From: Octopus bimaculoides
Taxonomy: Eukaryota
DNA length: 64,000 nucleotides
Direction of reading: 5' to 3'
Assembly (NCBI RefSeq): GCF_001194135.2
Contig: NC_068994.1
Coordinates: 13,027,266-13,091,265, forward strand
This document shows positions 49,609-62,231 of the stretch, piece after piece. Made by a program: the position numbers and the translations under genes. Each line of letters opens with the position of its first letter. The first letter of the stretch is position 1. The notes beneath the pieces were generated by a model. It had not been told where the DNA came from and did no database searches. It saw only the letters and a list, made by a program, of their open reading frames with translations.

Positions 49609-49884
49609 NNNNNNNNNNNNNNNNNNNNNNNNNNNNNNNNNNNNNNNNNNNNNNNNNNNNNNNNNNNNNNNNNNNNNNNNNNNNNNNNNNNNNNNNNNNN
49701 NNNNNNNNNNNNNNNNNNNNNNNNNNNNNNNNNNNNNNNNNNNNNNNNNNNNNNNNNNNNNNNNNNNNNNNNNNNNNNNNNNNNNNNNNNNNNNNNNNNN
49801 NNNNNNNNNNNNNNNNNNNNNNNNNNNNNNNNNNNNNNNNNNNNNNNNNNNNNNNNNNNNNNNNNNNNNNNNNNNNNNNNNNNN

Positions 49885-49921
49885 GTAGCTTTAACAACAA
49901 TGCAATTCTGCAAAACCAAAT
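49885..49921 (-). CDS. TRAPPC12: TRAPPC12 exon, visible 5' part only (IWFCRIALLLKL...); the rest runs into an N-gap
   Basis: Acceptor aatcaccAG at 49923-49922 on -. Matches the LWF.R.ALL.KL motif. The sequence enters the 49609-49884 gap. Confidence 0.85.
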
Positions 49922-50361
49922 CTGGTGATTAAAATGTAAAAGGAAAATGGAAAAATTAATTGAAGATAATTGTTGATTTGAGACGAAAAAGTGAAGGGAG
50001 AAAAAAACTTTAGTGGAAAGATTAATTAAGAAAAAAAAAAACAGATTATAAAAAGAGAAAAATAAATTGAAGAAATTTAAGGGGAAAAACTGGAAAGAAA
50101 GGAAAAATATTTGATAAAAAAAACTGGGATGAAAAACTGAAGAAACAATAGAAGAATTTGGAATAATTATGAAAGACATAGAAAAGCAGAAACCATCATT
50201 ATCATTGTTTTAACATCCACTTTCCCATGCTTGCATGGGTCGGATGGAGTTTGGTGAGGCAAATGTTTGCTGTTAGACCTGCCCAAAAATTTTCTTGTGA
50301 CTGATGTGAACTGCATGGAATCTCTACTAATGTCTTTAGCACAAGACCCAAAGTGACCTAC

Positions 50362-50475
50362 CTGTAAAGTGTGAGGTGTGTGCAGTGTGACCTGCCCAAT
50401 ATTATCAGGACCTTGTTTGGCAGCGACCAAAAGCCTCCCAGTCATTTCAACAGCAGCGCGGAAGCATTCGTTCTT
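50362..50475 (-). CDS. TRAPPC12: TRAPPC12 exon (KNECFRAAVEMTGRLLVAAKQGPDNIGQVTLHTPHTLQ)
   Basis: ttgtacAG and GTaggt on -. 114 nt. RAAV...GRLL...QG motif. Confidence 0.92.
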
Positions 50476-50835
50476 CTGTACAAAAGAAAAGAAACAAAAC
50501 ATAGGATTTGAACAAAGCAAAAATAACAGCCTCTATCATCCTCATCACTACAATTAGTGACATCATGATTGTCACCACCTTCATCCTTACCCTCATTGGT
50601 TTGACCGAGGTGAGAAGGGTGGGTTTCCTTAGTCTTGTTTTGTTTTTACTGTACATGCCACAGTTTTGTAGGTTACAAAGACAGGTTATCTTCAAATACC
50701 AAAATGAGATGATAGGGCATGGCTGTTTGGGCGCTGGTGATTTGACACGACTGAACAGGTTTCGGCACCAGTACTTTCTGGCACTTGAGGCAAACACACA
50801 CACATACACATGCATGTACAGAGTTATACAGACAG

Positions 50836-51120
50836 AATGGAAGGGGGAGAGGGAAGGAGGGGGATAGGAAGGGCAAGGGTGAGTAAGGGCAAGGATGAGC
50901 AAGGGCGAGGGTGAGCAAGGGTGGGAGAGGGAGAGCAAGAGGGAGGCCATGGGTGAGCAAGTGAGAGAGAGAACAAGGGAGAAGGAGAGCGAGTGAGAGG
51001 GAGACTGAGCAAGAGTGATGGAGAGTAACTGAGAGGGAGTGTGAGAGTGAGGGAGAGCAAGAGCAAGGGAGAACAAGAGAGAGAGAAGGAGAGAGCAGGA
51101 AAGTTGGGGGGGGGGGGGAA
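50836..51120. repeat. Polypurine tract (GA/GGG-rich, with gggtgagcaag subrepeats)
   Basis: Strongly purine-biased + strand ending in a G14 run. Confidence 0.8.
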
Positions 51121-51176
51121 GGAAAACGTCATCATCATCATTTTACTTCTGCTGTTTATGCTGGCATGAGTTAGAC

Positions 51177-51473
51177 CAGAGGTTTTCAAACTGTGGTCCG
51201 CGTACCACAGGGGGTCCGCAAGGACAAGACAGGGGATCCGTGGACAGCAAATACTTTTTATGGGCAATTTGATTTTATATATGTTTTTTAATCGAAATCT
51301 TTTAATAGACAATAAACCTATTTGTTAAATACTGTTAAATAAATAAATGTAAAAATATATGTTATTTTAAGCAAATATTTATGTATACATTTCATAAGCG
51401 TTTATAAGGGGGTCCCTAAGGTAAAGCCTGAAATATAAAGGGGTTCGCAAGTCAAAAAGTTTGAAAACCCCTG
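51177..51473. mobile_element. hAT-superfamily MITE (Buster/Charlie-like), 297 bp, nested in a family D copy
   Basis: 16-bp TIRs cagaggttttcaaact and agtttgaaaacccctg (one mismatch). Perfect 8-bp TSD agttagac at 51169-51176 and 51474-51481. Confidence 0.9.
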
Positions 51474-52337
51474 AGTTAGACAGTTTGACCAGGGCTGGTA
51501 AGCTGAGGGGCTGCACCAGATTCCAATCTGATTTAGCATGGTTTCTACAGCCAGATGCCCTTCCTAACATGCCAATCACTCCGAGAGTACAATGGGTACT
51601 TTTATGTGCCACCAGCACGGGTGCCAGTTGCATGACACCAGTATCTTCCACGACTGCAATTTCACTCAGCTTGATGGTTCTTCCTTCTCAAGCACAGCAT
51701 GAACCCAACTAGCACAAACACTTTCCCTCTCCTCATTCACTTAAAGAAAAATATGCTCACATACATAAACATAAAGGGGTTAGATTGGTGCTGATGAAGG
51801 GGCAAAAACTCCCAAAATATGGCATATATGCCCATTACCCTTTTTCCAGCTTCAATCTCATCGTTTTTTTACCTCTGACATTTCGGATACAAAACGTCAT
51901 AACAAAAATCAGTGCTGGCGATAATTTCTATAGAATATCTGTAGAGAACCTTAATAAGTAATAAATAAACAAAGAGAGGAAAAGGGGGAAGAAGAGAATG
52001 AGAGAAATATTAAAATATTTGACGTCAAATAAGTCAGAGTTGAGTCAGTAATGCCAAATAGGAGGGGCCAAGACAGCTATGCCAAAACATCTTATATCCA
52101 CCAACTATACACACTGATAACTGGCAGAAGCGTTAGCACACCGGACGAAATGCTTAGCGATATTTCGTCTGTCTTTATGTTCCGAGTTCAAATTCCGCCA
52201 AGGTCGACTTTGCCTTTCATCCTCTCATACATTATATTATATTATGTTAATAAATTAAAATATGTTAATAAATTAAAATATGTCAATTGTAAATTTCCAT
52301 TTTCTTTTCATTTATATATATATATATATATATATAT

Positions 52338-52461
52338 ATGTAAGATGTGGGACGAAGTGGTGAGAAAAGATCTACAGACATTGGGACTCACAGAAGGGAT
52401 CACAAGGGACCAAGACACCTGGCGGTTTGCTGTGCTTGAAAAGACATGTCAAGCTAAGTAA
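52338..52461 (+). mobile_element. RTE LINE 3' fragment
   Basis: KMWDEVVRKDLQTLGLTEGITRDQDTWRFAVLEKT. Confidence 0.65.
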
Positions 52462-52765
52462 AAGCATGGTTGTCCCTGCATACAGGCTCACCCCTTGCAA
52501 CCCCCTCCAGATAAGCATCCCTAATCTTGCAGGTTCATAGGCGCTGGTGCCACATAAAAAGCACCTGTGCTGGTGTTGTGTGAAAGTACCAGCACACTCT
52601 GTAAAGTGGTTGGCATTAGGAAGGGCATTGAGCTGTAGAAAACATGTCAAAACAGACAGGGAGCCTGAACAGCCCTTCTGCTGGTCAACACCTATCAAAC
52701 CGTCCAACTCATGCCAGCATGGAAAACAGATGTATGATGATGATGATATATAGTACAATACATAC

Positions 52766-52882
52766 CACAAGTTTACACAGGCCATCAGTATCCTGGGAGA
52801 CAGCATCAGCCGACATTGTTTGCCTGAGATCAGCTTCATCATCTCCCATGAATTTCCGTAACATCTCTTGAATGGGATCAGG
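52766..52882 (-). CDS. TRAPPC12: TRAPPC12 exon (PDPIQEMLRKFMGDDEADLRQTMSADAVSQDTDGLCKLV)
   Basis: ttttgtAG and GTatgt on -. 117 nt, phase 0/0. Confidence 0.9.
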
Positions 52883-53452
52883 CTACAAAAGAAAAAAAAA
52901 AAAAAGAAAGTAATATTGTTTATTAATCATTATCATCATCAACTCTATTATAATATAAATTATTTTTTAATCAATATCCTTTAATGAGTCTCTATCTTGC
53001 ATGACCAAACTGGATCCCAAGTCGTTTAAGAACATGAAGGTTTTTTGGAGCGGGGTGGGTTTGTGAATGTGTTTAAATATATTTATGGTTGTATACACAT
53101 ATATACAAAGACTGACAAACATAGACACACTACAAGGTACAGCACCTGCACACAGATACGCATACATACACACGGACTTTACACAATAACTTTACTAGGT
53201 TCAGCAGACACAAAGCTTCACACATATACCTATACGCATACATGCACATATTACTAGACACTACACACACACACACACACACATTATTAGGCACAGTATA
53301 CACACACATACATGACTAGGCACAATATACACATTACTGTTATTAGAGATATACACACACACATAAAACAAAATGTAACATTAATAGGTACAGCACTCAA
53401 ACACAGATACACACATACATATAACAATTAAAGCGATGTACAAGAGCCTTAC

Positions 53453-54148
53453 TTGTGCTTCTTCAACTGTGATGCCTGGAGTAGAGAGCATTTCTGAAGA
53501 GTATTCAGGTTTTTCTTGTGCTGAAGCAACCTCATTGAGCATCTTCTGTGTTGACTCTACAGGGACCCAAGCGTCATGCCGTCGGTCAGAATCGCTCATG
53601 TCAAGACCCATCGTGAAGAGGTCGTCTGTGTTGACGTCTTCGATGAACTGTTGGAAAGGTACCGACGAAAGTCCAGCGGATGAGATGTGTTGGCTTTGAT
53701 GGACAGGTGTACCATGACTGGAGACTGCAGCCTGAACAATGACATTCTCGGTAGCAACTAGTTTCGGTACTGCGGGTGATGTGTTGACTGCGGGTGATAG
53801 TGGCACGTCCGGCTCTTCAGCCAGTGAGGGTGATACTTCAGAGAAGAACTGGTTCATACTGTTCTCCCTGACAACCTCTGATGATAGTGGCGTTTTACTA
53901 GAAGACGAAGAAACATGGCGTTCTCTTTCATGGGGAGTGTGATCGGTGCTGTGTGAATAATTTTCTGGTAGTACTTGTTTTGGAGAGCTGGTCAAACCGA
54001 GTTCAAATCCAATCTGGCTTTCTTCTGCAGTGAATGATTCAAATTCTTCATCATCTAAAAGAAAATCTTCCTTTTCTTGTGCATTGCAGTTTTCTTCAAG
54101 AACAGATTCGGTTCCTTCAAATGTGACACTTTCAGGTTCTTGGTGTAC
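53453..54148 (-). CDS. TRAPPC12: TRAPPC12 large exon: acidic/Ser-Pro-rich region ending in DRRHDAWVP...LSTPGITVEEAQ
   Basis: ctctaatAG at 54150-54149 and GTaagg at 53452. 696 nt with an open frame. RR.DAW.P motif as in TRAPPC12. Confidence 0.88.
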
Positions 54149-55348
54149 CTATTAGAGAAACAACAGTAGTAGTAGTGATGGTAGTAGTGGTAGTAGTAGT
54201 AGTGGTAGTAGTAGTAGTAATAGTAGTAGTAGTAGTTTCTAATTTAGGCACAAGACCAGCAACTCTTTTTTTCTAACACTAACAATTCTGCTAGCTCACT
54301 GCCTTAATAATAATGGTTTCAAATTTCGGCACAAGGCCAGCAATTTCAGGGAAGGGAATAAGTTGATGTAATCAACTCCAGTGCTCAACTGGTACTTATT
54401 TTATCAACCCTGAAATGTTGAAAGGCAAAGATGACCTCAACATAAAGATGGACAAAATGCCACTAATGATTCTGCTAGCTTGCAGCCTTAATAATAATAA
54501 TAATAATAATAATCCTTTCTACTAAAGGCACAAGGCCTGAAATTTGAGGGGAGCGGGTGAGTCAATCACATTGATTCCAGTGTTTCACTGGTACTTAATT
54601 TATTGACCTTGAAAGGAATTTGAACTCGGAACGTAGCGACAGACAAAATACCGCTAAGCATTTTGCCTGGCGTGGCAGAATTGTTAGCACGCTGGGTGAA
54701 AATGCTTAGTGGTATTTTACCTGTTGCTACATTCTGATCACTCTAGAGAAAAAATAAATATTTTAAGAATTGTAAGGCAAGAGACTTGACAAGTGACAAA
54801 TAAATGTGCATAAACCAAAAAAAGCCCAACAGTNNNNNNNNNNNNNNNNNNNNNNNNNNNNNNNNNNNNNNNNNNNNNNNNNNNNNNNNNNNNNNNNNNN
54901 NNNNNNNNNNNNNNNNNNNNNNNNNNNNNNNNNNNNNNNNNNNNNNNNNNNNNNNNNNNNNNNNNNNNNNNNNNNNNNNNNNNNNNNNNNNNNNNNNNNN
55001 NNNNNNNNNNNNNNNNNNNNNNNNNNNNNNNNNNNNNNNNNNNNNNNNNNNNNNNNNNNNNNNNNNNNNNNNNNNNNNNNNNNNNNNNNNNNNNNNNNNN
55101 NNNNNNNNNNNNNNNNNNNNNNNNNNNNNNNNNNNNNNNNNNNNNNNNNNNNNNNNNNNNNNNNNNNNNNNNNNNNNNNNNNNNNNNNNNNNNNNNNNNN
55201 NNNNNNNNNNNNNNNNNNNNNNNNNNNNNNNNNNNNNNNNNNNNNNNNNNNNNNNNNNNNNNNNNNNNNNNNNNNNNNNNNNNNNNNNNNNNNNNNNNNN
55301 NNNNNNNNNNNNNNNNNNNNNNNNNNNNNNNNNNNNNNNNNNNNNNNN

Positions 55349-55687
55349 TTCCAGTTGATCCAATCAATGGAACAGCCTGCTTGTGAAATTAACGTGCAAG
55401 TGGCTGAGCACTCCACAGATACGTCTGCCCTTAACGTAGTTCTCGGGGATATTCAGTGTGACAAGGCTGACCCTTTGAATTACAGGCACAACAGAAACAG
55501 GAAAAAGAGTGAGAGAAAGTTGTGGTGAAAGAGTACAGCAGGGTTCGCCACCATCCCCTGCCGGAGCCTCGTGGAGCTTTAGGTGTTTTTGCTCAATAAA
55601 CACTCACAATGCTCGGTCTGGGAATCGAAACCGCGATCCTATGACCGCGAGTCCGCTGCCCTAACCACTGGGCCATTGCGCCTCCAC
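55349..55687 (-). mobile_element. SINE family B, tail lost in the gap
   Basis: Reverse complement of the family B consensus. Confidence 0.85.
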
Positions 55688-56313
55688 TTAAACTAGCTAT
55701 AGCTGGCCTAAATATTATATCTGTTTTATGTACAAACTCACTATCTTCAGACTCTCACACTAATCCTATGATGTCATACTAAAAATATACAAGGGATGTA
55801 ACAGTCCTAATAGGTTTATTAATAAGACTTTACTCTAATTCAACACATCATTTACTGTCATCATTTTAATGTCCACTTTTCCATGCTTGCATGGTTTGGA
55901 CAGAATTAATTGAAGCAGATTTCCTACAGCCAGATGCCTTTCCTGTTGCCAACCCTCACCAGTTTCCAAGAAAAGTAATATTTTCCCATGACCAGACAAG
56001 TTTTTTTCCAGAATATTAGAAATGAACGACACTGTTTATTTGATAGGGAGATTCATTTACAACTATCAAGCAATGTCAAGACAAGGGGACACAAACATAC
56101 CCCCACACACAAATTATATACAATAAGCTTCTTTCCGTTTCGGTCAACCAAATCTGCTCACAAAGCTTTAATTTGCCCAGGCTAAAGTAGAAAACACTTG
56201 CTCAAGGTATGACACAGTGGTACTGAACTCAGAACCATGTGGTTTGGGAAGCAAATTTTTTCCACCTGATTAAAAAAAAAAAAAAAAAAGAGAGTGAAAT
56301 AAATGCTAGCTAC

Positions 56314-56793
56314 CTCTTCTCCTGGTGACTTCTTTTCATCTTCACTTGATGATGCTGCTGCAGTATCCAATGTGGTGGGTGAAGTTATCGTTATCATTAT
56401 ATCCTGTTGGTCTTGTGGCTCCACTTGGGGGATCACTTCTTCATCATCAACAGCAGGTGTCACCTCTACTACATCATCCGCTGCTGCTGCTGTTGCCGTT
56501 GTCGTTGCTGCTGCTGCTGCTGCTTCTACAGCATCACTTTCAAGATCTTGCAATGAAGTATCGTCGGGGATTGGACTTACTGATGTGCTTTTTGCCAGCT
56601 CCTCTCCATCCTGCTCCTCGCTGCCGTCTTCGGAAGGAGAAGGCTCCAGCATCACAGAGTCCAGTGTATCGGTGGTAGGTGAGTGGACTAGTGTGGAGCT
56701 CAAAGGATCCTGGTCAATGTTGAGATGAGCAGTGTTAACGATATCGGAGATGATATCGTCGTCGTCATCATCCAGACACACAGACTGGTCCAT
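56314..56793 (-). CDS. TRAPPC12: TRAPPC12 probable first coding exon (MDQSVCLDDDDDD...AAAAAATTTATAAAADD...KKSPGEE)
   Basis: Acceptor ttcttatAG at 56814-56813. ATG lies in a good Kozak context (atcaccATGg). 480 nt open frame, donor GTagct at 56313, phase 0 joining the 54148 exon. Low complexity means assignment rests on splicing and frame rather than homology. Confidence 0.78.
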
Positions 56794-57527
56794 GGTGATG
56801 CTTATGTAGCCTCTATAAGAAAAGAAAAGAAAGAGAGAAACACATTTCATAAATAGACTCAAACACAGTGTAACTACTATCCACCAACACACACACACAC
56901 AGAGTAAGGGAGTTTATCTATGTATAATGATTGTTTCAAAAATAGGCACAAAACCTTCAACTTGGGTAAGGGGGCGAGTTGATTATAGCAACCCCAGAGC
57001 TCAAATGGTACGTATTTTATTGACCCCAAAAGGATGAATAGCAAAGTTAACTTTGACGAATTTTGAACTCAGAATCTAAAGATTGTATAAAAATGTCGCT
57101 AAAGATCATGTCTGACTGGCTAATGATTTTGCCAGCTTACCATCTTTAATCCATCTATAATGGTTTCAAATTTTGAAAATAAGACCAGTAATTTCAAGGG
57201 TAGCAATAAGCCAATTACATCAATCCCAGTACTCAACAGATACGTTATTTTATCAACCTCAAAAGGATGAAAGGCAAAGTCAGCCACAGCAGAATTTGAA
57301 CTCAGAGTGTTAAGACAAATGAAATGCCGCTATGCACTTTGCTTGGCATGCAAACGATTCTGCCGGCTCACTGCCATCTATAATGACACGTCAGATATAA
57401 TGTAAATACAAGTCAGGTTCAGTAGAAGCTGCTGTTTAATTTCAGGTCAGCCTTGATCAAGAAGACCTGTGATCAAAGGCGTTCCAGTCATGGCCATTAT
57501 TTTTGTTCAGGATTAGGTGCAGGCATG

Positions 57528-57910
57528 TTGTTGACACTCCGTCGCTTACGACGTCGAGGGTTCCAGTTGATCTAATCAACGGAACAGCCTGCTCGTGAAA
57601 TTAACGTGCAAGTGGCTGAGCACTCCACAGACACGTGTACCCTTAACGTAGTTCTCGGGGATATTCAGCGTGACACAGTGTGACAAGGCTGACCCTTTGA
57701 ATTACAGGCACAACAGAGACAGGAAGAAAGAGTGAGAGAAAGTTGTGGTGGAAGAGTACAGCAGGGTTCGCCACCATCCCCTGCCGGAGCCTCGTGGAGC
57801 TTTAGGTGTTTTCGCTCAATAAACACTCACAACGCCCGGTCTAGGAATCGAAACCGCGATATTATGACCGCGAGTCCGCTGCCCTAACCACTGGGCCATT
57901 GCGCCTCCAC
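57528..57910 (-). mobile_element. SINE family B, full length, 12-bp TSD
   Basis: TSD ggtgcaggcatg at 57516-57527 and 57912-57923. Confidence 0.9.
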
Positions 57911-58840
57911 TGGTGCAGGCATGACTATGAGGTTAAGAAGCTTGCTTTGCAAACATTGTTACTGTATCACAATACAACATACACTCTGAATGCAGAGGAT
58001 CAGCAGTGATTGAAGTAATGTAAAATGTAGATGTATCCTGAGGGCCAGTCCTCAAATCCAATTTCATGGCATTAAATGGATAATATGTTTTCTCTTGGAT
58101 AGAACACCAATCTATCCCAGATAATTTAGTATTTGTTTGCAACAACTAGGGGAACTGCAACACAAACGATTAAGTGTTGGTTAGTCCACATTATTCCTTT
58201 GAGGAGCATAGGGCTAGATTCTAGATTTCTCTGGCATATATATTCCTCCCTGAATGGGACCCCAATCCATCACAGGATTATTCATTTTTATCAGCTGAGT
58301 GAACTGGAGCAACATGAAATGAAGTGTTTTGCTCACCCAGTCCAGGAATTGAAACCACAATCTTATGATCATGAGTTCAACACCCTAACCACTAAGCCAT
58401 GCTCAAATTTACAACAGAATTCAACAGTAGGATAGAACTCAAGATCAATAGGTTGGTAGGCCAAAATCCTATCCACTTAGCCATCTTATTTCTACAGTGG
58501 TTAGAGCAAGTGTACAAGTTCCTTAGATGAGTGGTCTTGTTAACCTACAAGAAAGACTGAACACAACTGTGCTAAACATTTATGTATACAATGGCATTCT
58601 GACAAGCATGGACATGAAGAGAGAAAAACAAAACGCTGATGGAAGGTAGCTACATTAATGGAAAACATAACAAAAACTAGCTCTGTCTAACCTGAGGATG
58701 GCAGGTTGTATGAGAGAAGAAATGACAGCACCGAAATGTAACAAATGCCAACAGGTATTAAAACAGTAATAATAATGATGGTGGGATTGTATTTCAATGG
58801 TTATATATATGTGTGCACACACACACACACACACACAAGC

Positions 58841-58884
<44 letters not shown>

Positions 58885-58908
58885 ATATATATATATANNN
58901 NNNNNNNT

Positions 58909-58947
<39 letters not shown>

Positions 58948-60192
58948 CACACATGCACAGGTTTGTATAGGCATATATATACTTATGTCAACATGTGTTT
59001 GTATACTAGTTAATATTTATATAAGAATCACACTTGATTTAATGTGTGCGAGTGTAAATGTGGTGGAGTATGCTGAAAAGTAAAGTAACAGGTGTTAGAC
59101 TGATAATCATGATGATAATTGTACAAACCATTAGAACCAATATTATAATTGAGAGTGGAGTAACCTTATTAGGGTTTTTTTTTTTTTTTGCTATATTTAC
59201 ACAATTGGAAATTACATGGTCCAGTTACACACACACACACATGCAAAAGATGGATATTATTAATCTTTTATTTTTAATTTGTTTCAGTCATTTGACTGCA
59301 GCCATGCTGGAGCACCACCTTGGACTGTTTAGTTGAACAAATCAATCCTTGTACCTCTGTATTTATTTTTTAATGTCTTGTACTTATTTTATCAGCATCT
59401 TTTGCCAAACTGCTAAGTTAGAGAAACATAAATGAAAAAAAAAGCAATACCAGTTGTCACATGGTGGGTGGGACAAACACAGAGTCAGACACACACATAC
59501 ACATATCTATTATCATCATTTAACATTCATGTTCCAAGCTAGCATGGAACATGGGCAGTTTGAGAGGATCCAATGGGACTAAGGACTGCATTGTGCTCCA
59601 GTGTCCACTTTGACATGGATACTATGGTTGGATACCCTTCCTAATGCTTAGTATAGTGTGTATTGGGTGTTTTTCTTGTGCTGCTGGCACTAGTGAGGTC
59701 ACCACATGGCTAACAAATCTACAAAACCTGAAAGGAGGGGTATGAGAGAAGCGGGGTTTCTCAGAGCAAGTGCTTGTTGTATAGGAGCTACATGGCTACT
59801 CACATTTAGAAGAGAGTGAGGAACAAATCTGTTATGTGTATGTATGATGGCTTCTACATAGTTTGTTAACCAAATTCACTTGCAAGACATTGGTCAGCCA
59901 GAACTATAGTAGAAGACACTTGTCCAAGGCATTGCACGGGGGGACTGAACCTGAAACACCACATGGTTGCAATGCAAGTTCCTTAACCACACGACCATGC
60001 CTGTGTACATTAAGCAAACTTCTTACCAAACAGCCACACTAACATACACAAACAGTCTCCTCAACACAGAACTATATACACTGAAATCAGCTATATAAAA
60101 TGAGAAAACAGCATATATACAGCACAAGACTAAAAGGGAACTGCCTACATGTACTAACTATAACACATTCAAGATAGGGAGATACTACTTAC

Positions 60193-60260
60193 AAGTATAG
60201 TGTACTAAAACATCTATTACAGGAAGCTGCATGCAAAGCTATTTGTTACAGGGTTGTTTT
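60193..60260 (-). other. Candidate non-coding 5'UTR exon of TRAPPC12
   Basis: On -, ctttccttaatcAG acceptor and a perfect GTAAGT donor bracket 68 nt of non-repeat sequence upstream of the first coding exon. No transcript support is available. Confidence 0.3.
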
Positions 60261-62108
60261 CTGATTAAGGAAAGGTGATACGCATGGTTGCAGAGAGAAA
60301 GAGAATCAACATCATTTTAACATTCATTTTTCCATTGGTCAGATGGAGTTTTTTTTTTAGGTAAACTGTCTTTGTAAGTTTCCTTCCTGTCACCAACTCT
60401 CACCTGTTTCCAAGGAAGATAATATTTCCCCCCAGCCACAAGTGTTCTCACAGAATGTTGGTAACGAATGACACTGCTTGTATAACAATGACAATTATTT
60501 TACAGCTAACACATGATGGCAGAACAAGGAGATAGAAATACACACATACTTGTATATTTATATGTGTGTGTATATACACACACACACAGTTTCCATCTAC
60601 CAATTCCACTTAGATGGCTTTGGTCAGCCTGGAACTATAGTAGAAGATGCTAACCCAAGGTGCAACACAGTGGGATTGAATCCAGAACCATGTGATTGGG
60701 AAGCAAACTTCTTACCACACAGTCACACCTGTGCCTCTGCATATAAGCTTTGGAGTATTTCTCTATGTGTTACGATGTGCCATAACACAAACCTCATAGG
60801 CACTTAGTTCATAAACTAACAATTAAACTTGGCATAAGGCCATATATTTCATGTTAGGTCTAATAGAGGTTGCTTCTAACAAGAGCTGATGCAGGATGTG
60901 CCTGAGGACTCTATCTCCACAATCCTCCCACAAACAGTGGGTGGAGTAGATGGATGGATGTTATTTGTGTTTATGCTTTAAAATTTTACCATTAAGTTTT
61001 ACTTTTCGGCTCAGATTAGAAGCCAATTCTATGACACTTGTGTTAGTTAATTCAAACTGTGATATCAGTCCAGTTGGGATCCCCCAGTTTCATATAACAT
61101 CTTGTTGACAAGATCTAGAGAATTGAGCTTAGCTACAAGCAGCCACTTAAATTCCTGTCTGCACTCACTAAACTAAGAAATCAGTTCCTTTTCTTCTTAA
61201 ATCAATAGAACCCATTAGCTACATGCTGTTGTTTTTGGCCTCTCCTAACCCCTAGCAGGAGCCTGTTTCATCTTTTGAGAACCAAGACCAGTCCACAGGA
61301 TATGTATATCTAATTACTGATGTTAATTAGCCCCAGGTCTAAAAATATTCCAGCCATGACTAGACCATGTTTTTAGAGGCATCATTATAATCATCATCAT
61401 TTGACATCCATGTTCCATACTGGTATCGGTTGGACAGCTTCACAAGATGCCATGAACCCCAAAACTGTATCATGCTTCAGTGTCTGCTTCCGCATGGTTT
61501 CTGCAGCTGAATATTCTTACTAGTGCCACCCACTTTGCAAAGTAAAGTGGGTGCATCTTTTCTTTTTTCGTGCCACAAGCACTAGTGAGGCCATCGAGAA
61601 GTTTGTAAGACTACGAACTGGAGATGGGGTAACTTTATGCAAGGAGATAAGCAGCAAAGGATTATTTAATATATCCTCCACTTTCTATGATCGTGTGATT
61701 TGGTTACTATTTCTAGCAGGTCAAGTGACTGTGGAAGTTCCCTTGTGCTCAGTGTGTATCAATTTTTCTAGATATGTGTGTGTGTGTGTGCAATTAAGAT
61801 CTATGGTGTCTCGTCTTAATCCTTTTCTTACCATATTTCTGCTGAAATACACTTTCTTTATTCCAATTAAGTCTGAAAATAATGAAGAATTTAATAAAAA
61901 TGCCTGATTTGGAAACTAACATGAAATTTCGATGGAAGGTTTTAATTATGATTTTAAAACAGAAAGTTTGTATCATAGAAAAAGGCAAAGTCACAGGCAA
62001 TGTGGTTTGAGTGTGATAAAGTAGCATTTATTTATTTGTCTTCTCTAACATATAATATATATACATATTATATATATATATATGTATGTATAATAGGTAC
62101 TACTAAAG

Positions 62109-62231
62109 CTGCGCGAACGCGCAGTCGCGCGTCCGTGCTAGCTAGTCTTGAGTGGTCGATCCTAACCCTAACCCGCGTGTGCAAATGAATACGTGTTAGG
62201 AATAGGGTTAGGAATAGGGTTAGGATCGACC
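62109..62231. repeat. 17-bp inverted repeat containing TTAGGG-like motifs, plus an adjacent GC hairpin
   Basis: ggtcgatcctaacccta at 62154-62170 and tagggttaggatcgacc at 62215-62231; ctgcgcg-aa-cgcgcag at 62109-62124. Confidence 0.85.

Noticed and set aside
50447-51076. 209-aa and 162-aa Ser/Pro/Leu-rich ORFs on -
   Set aside because: Derived from the polypurine tract and overlapping intron sequence; only the 50362-50475 exon is supported.
2712-55528. Many long ORFs consisting mostly of X
   Set aside because: These are translations through assembly N-gaps.
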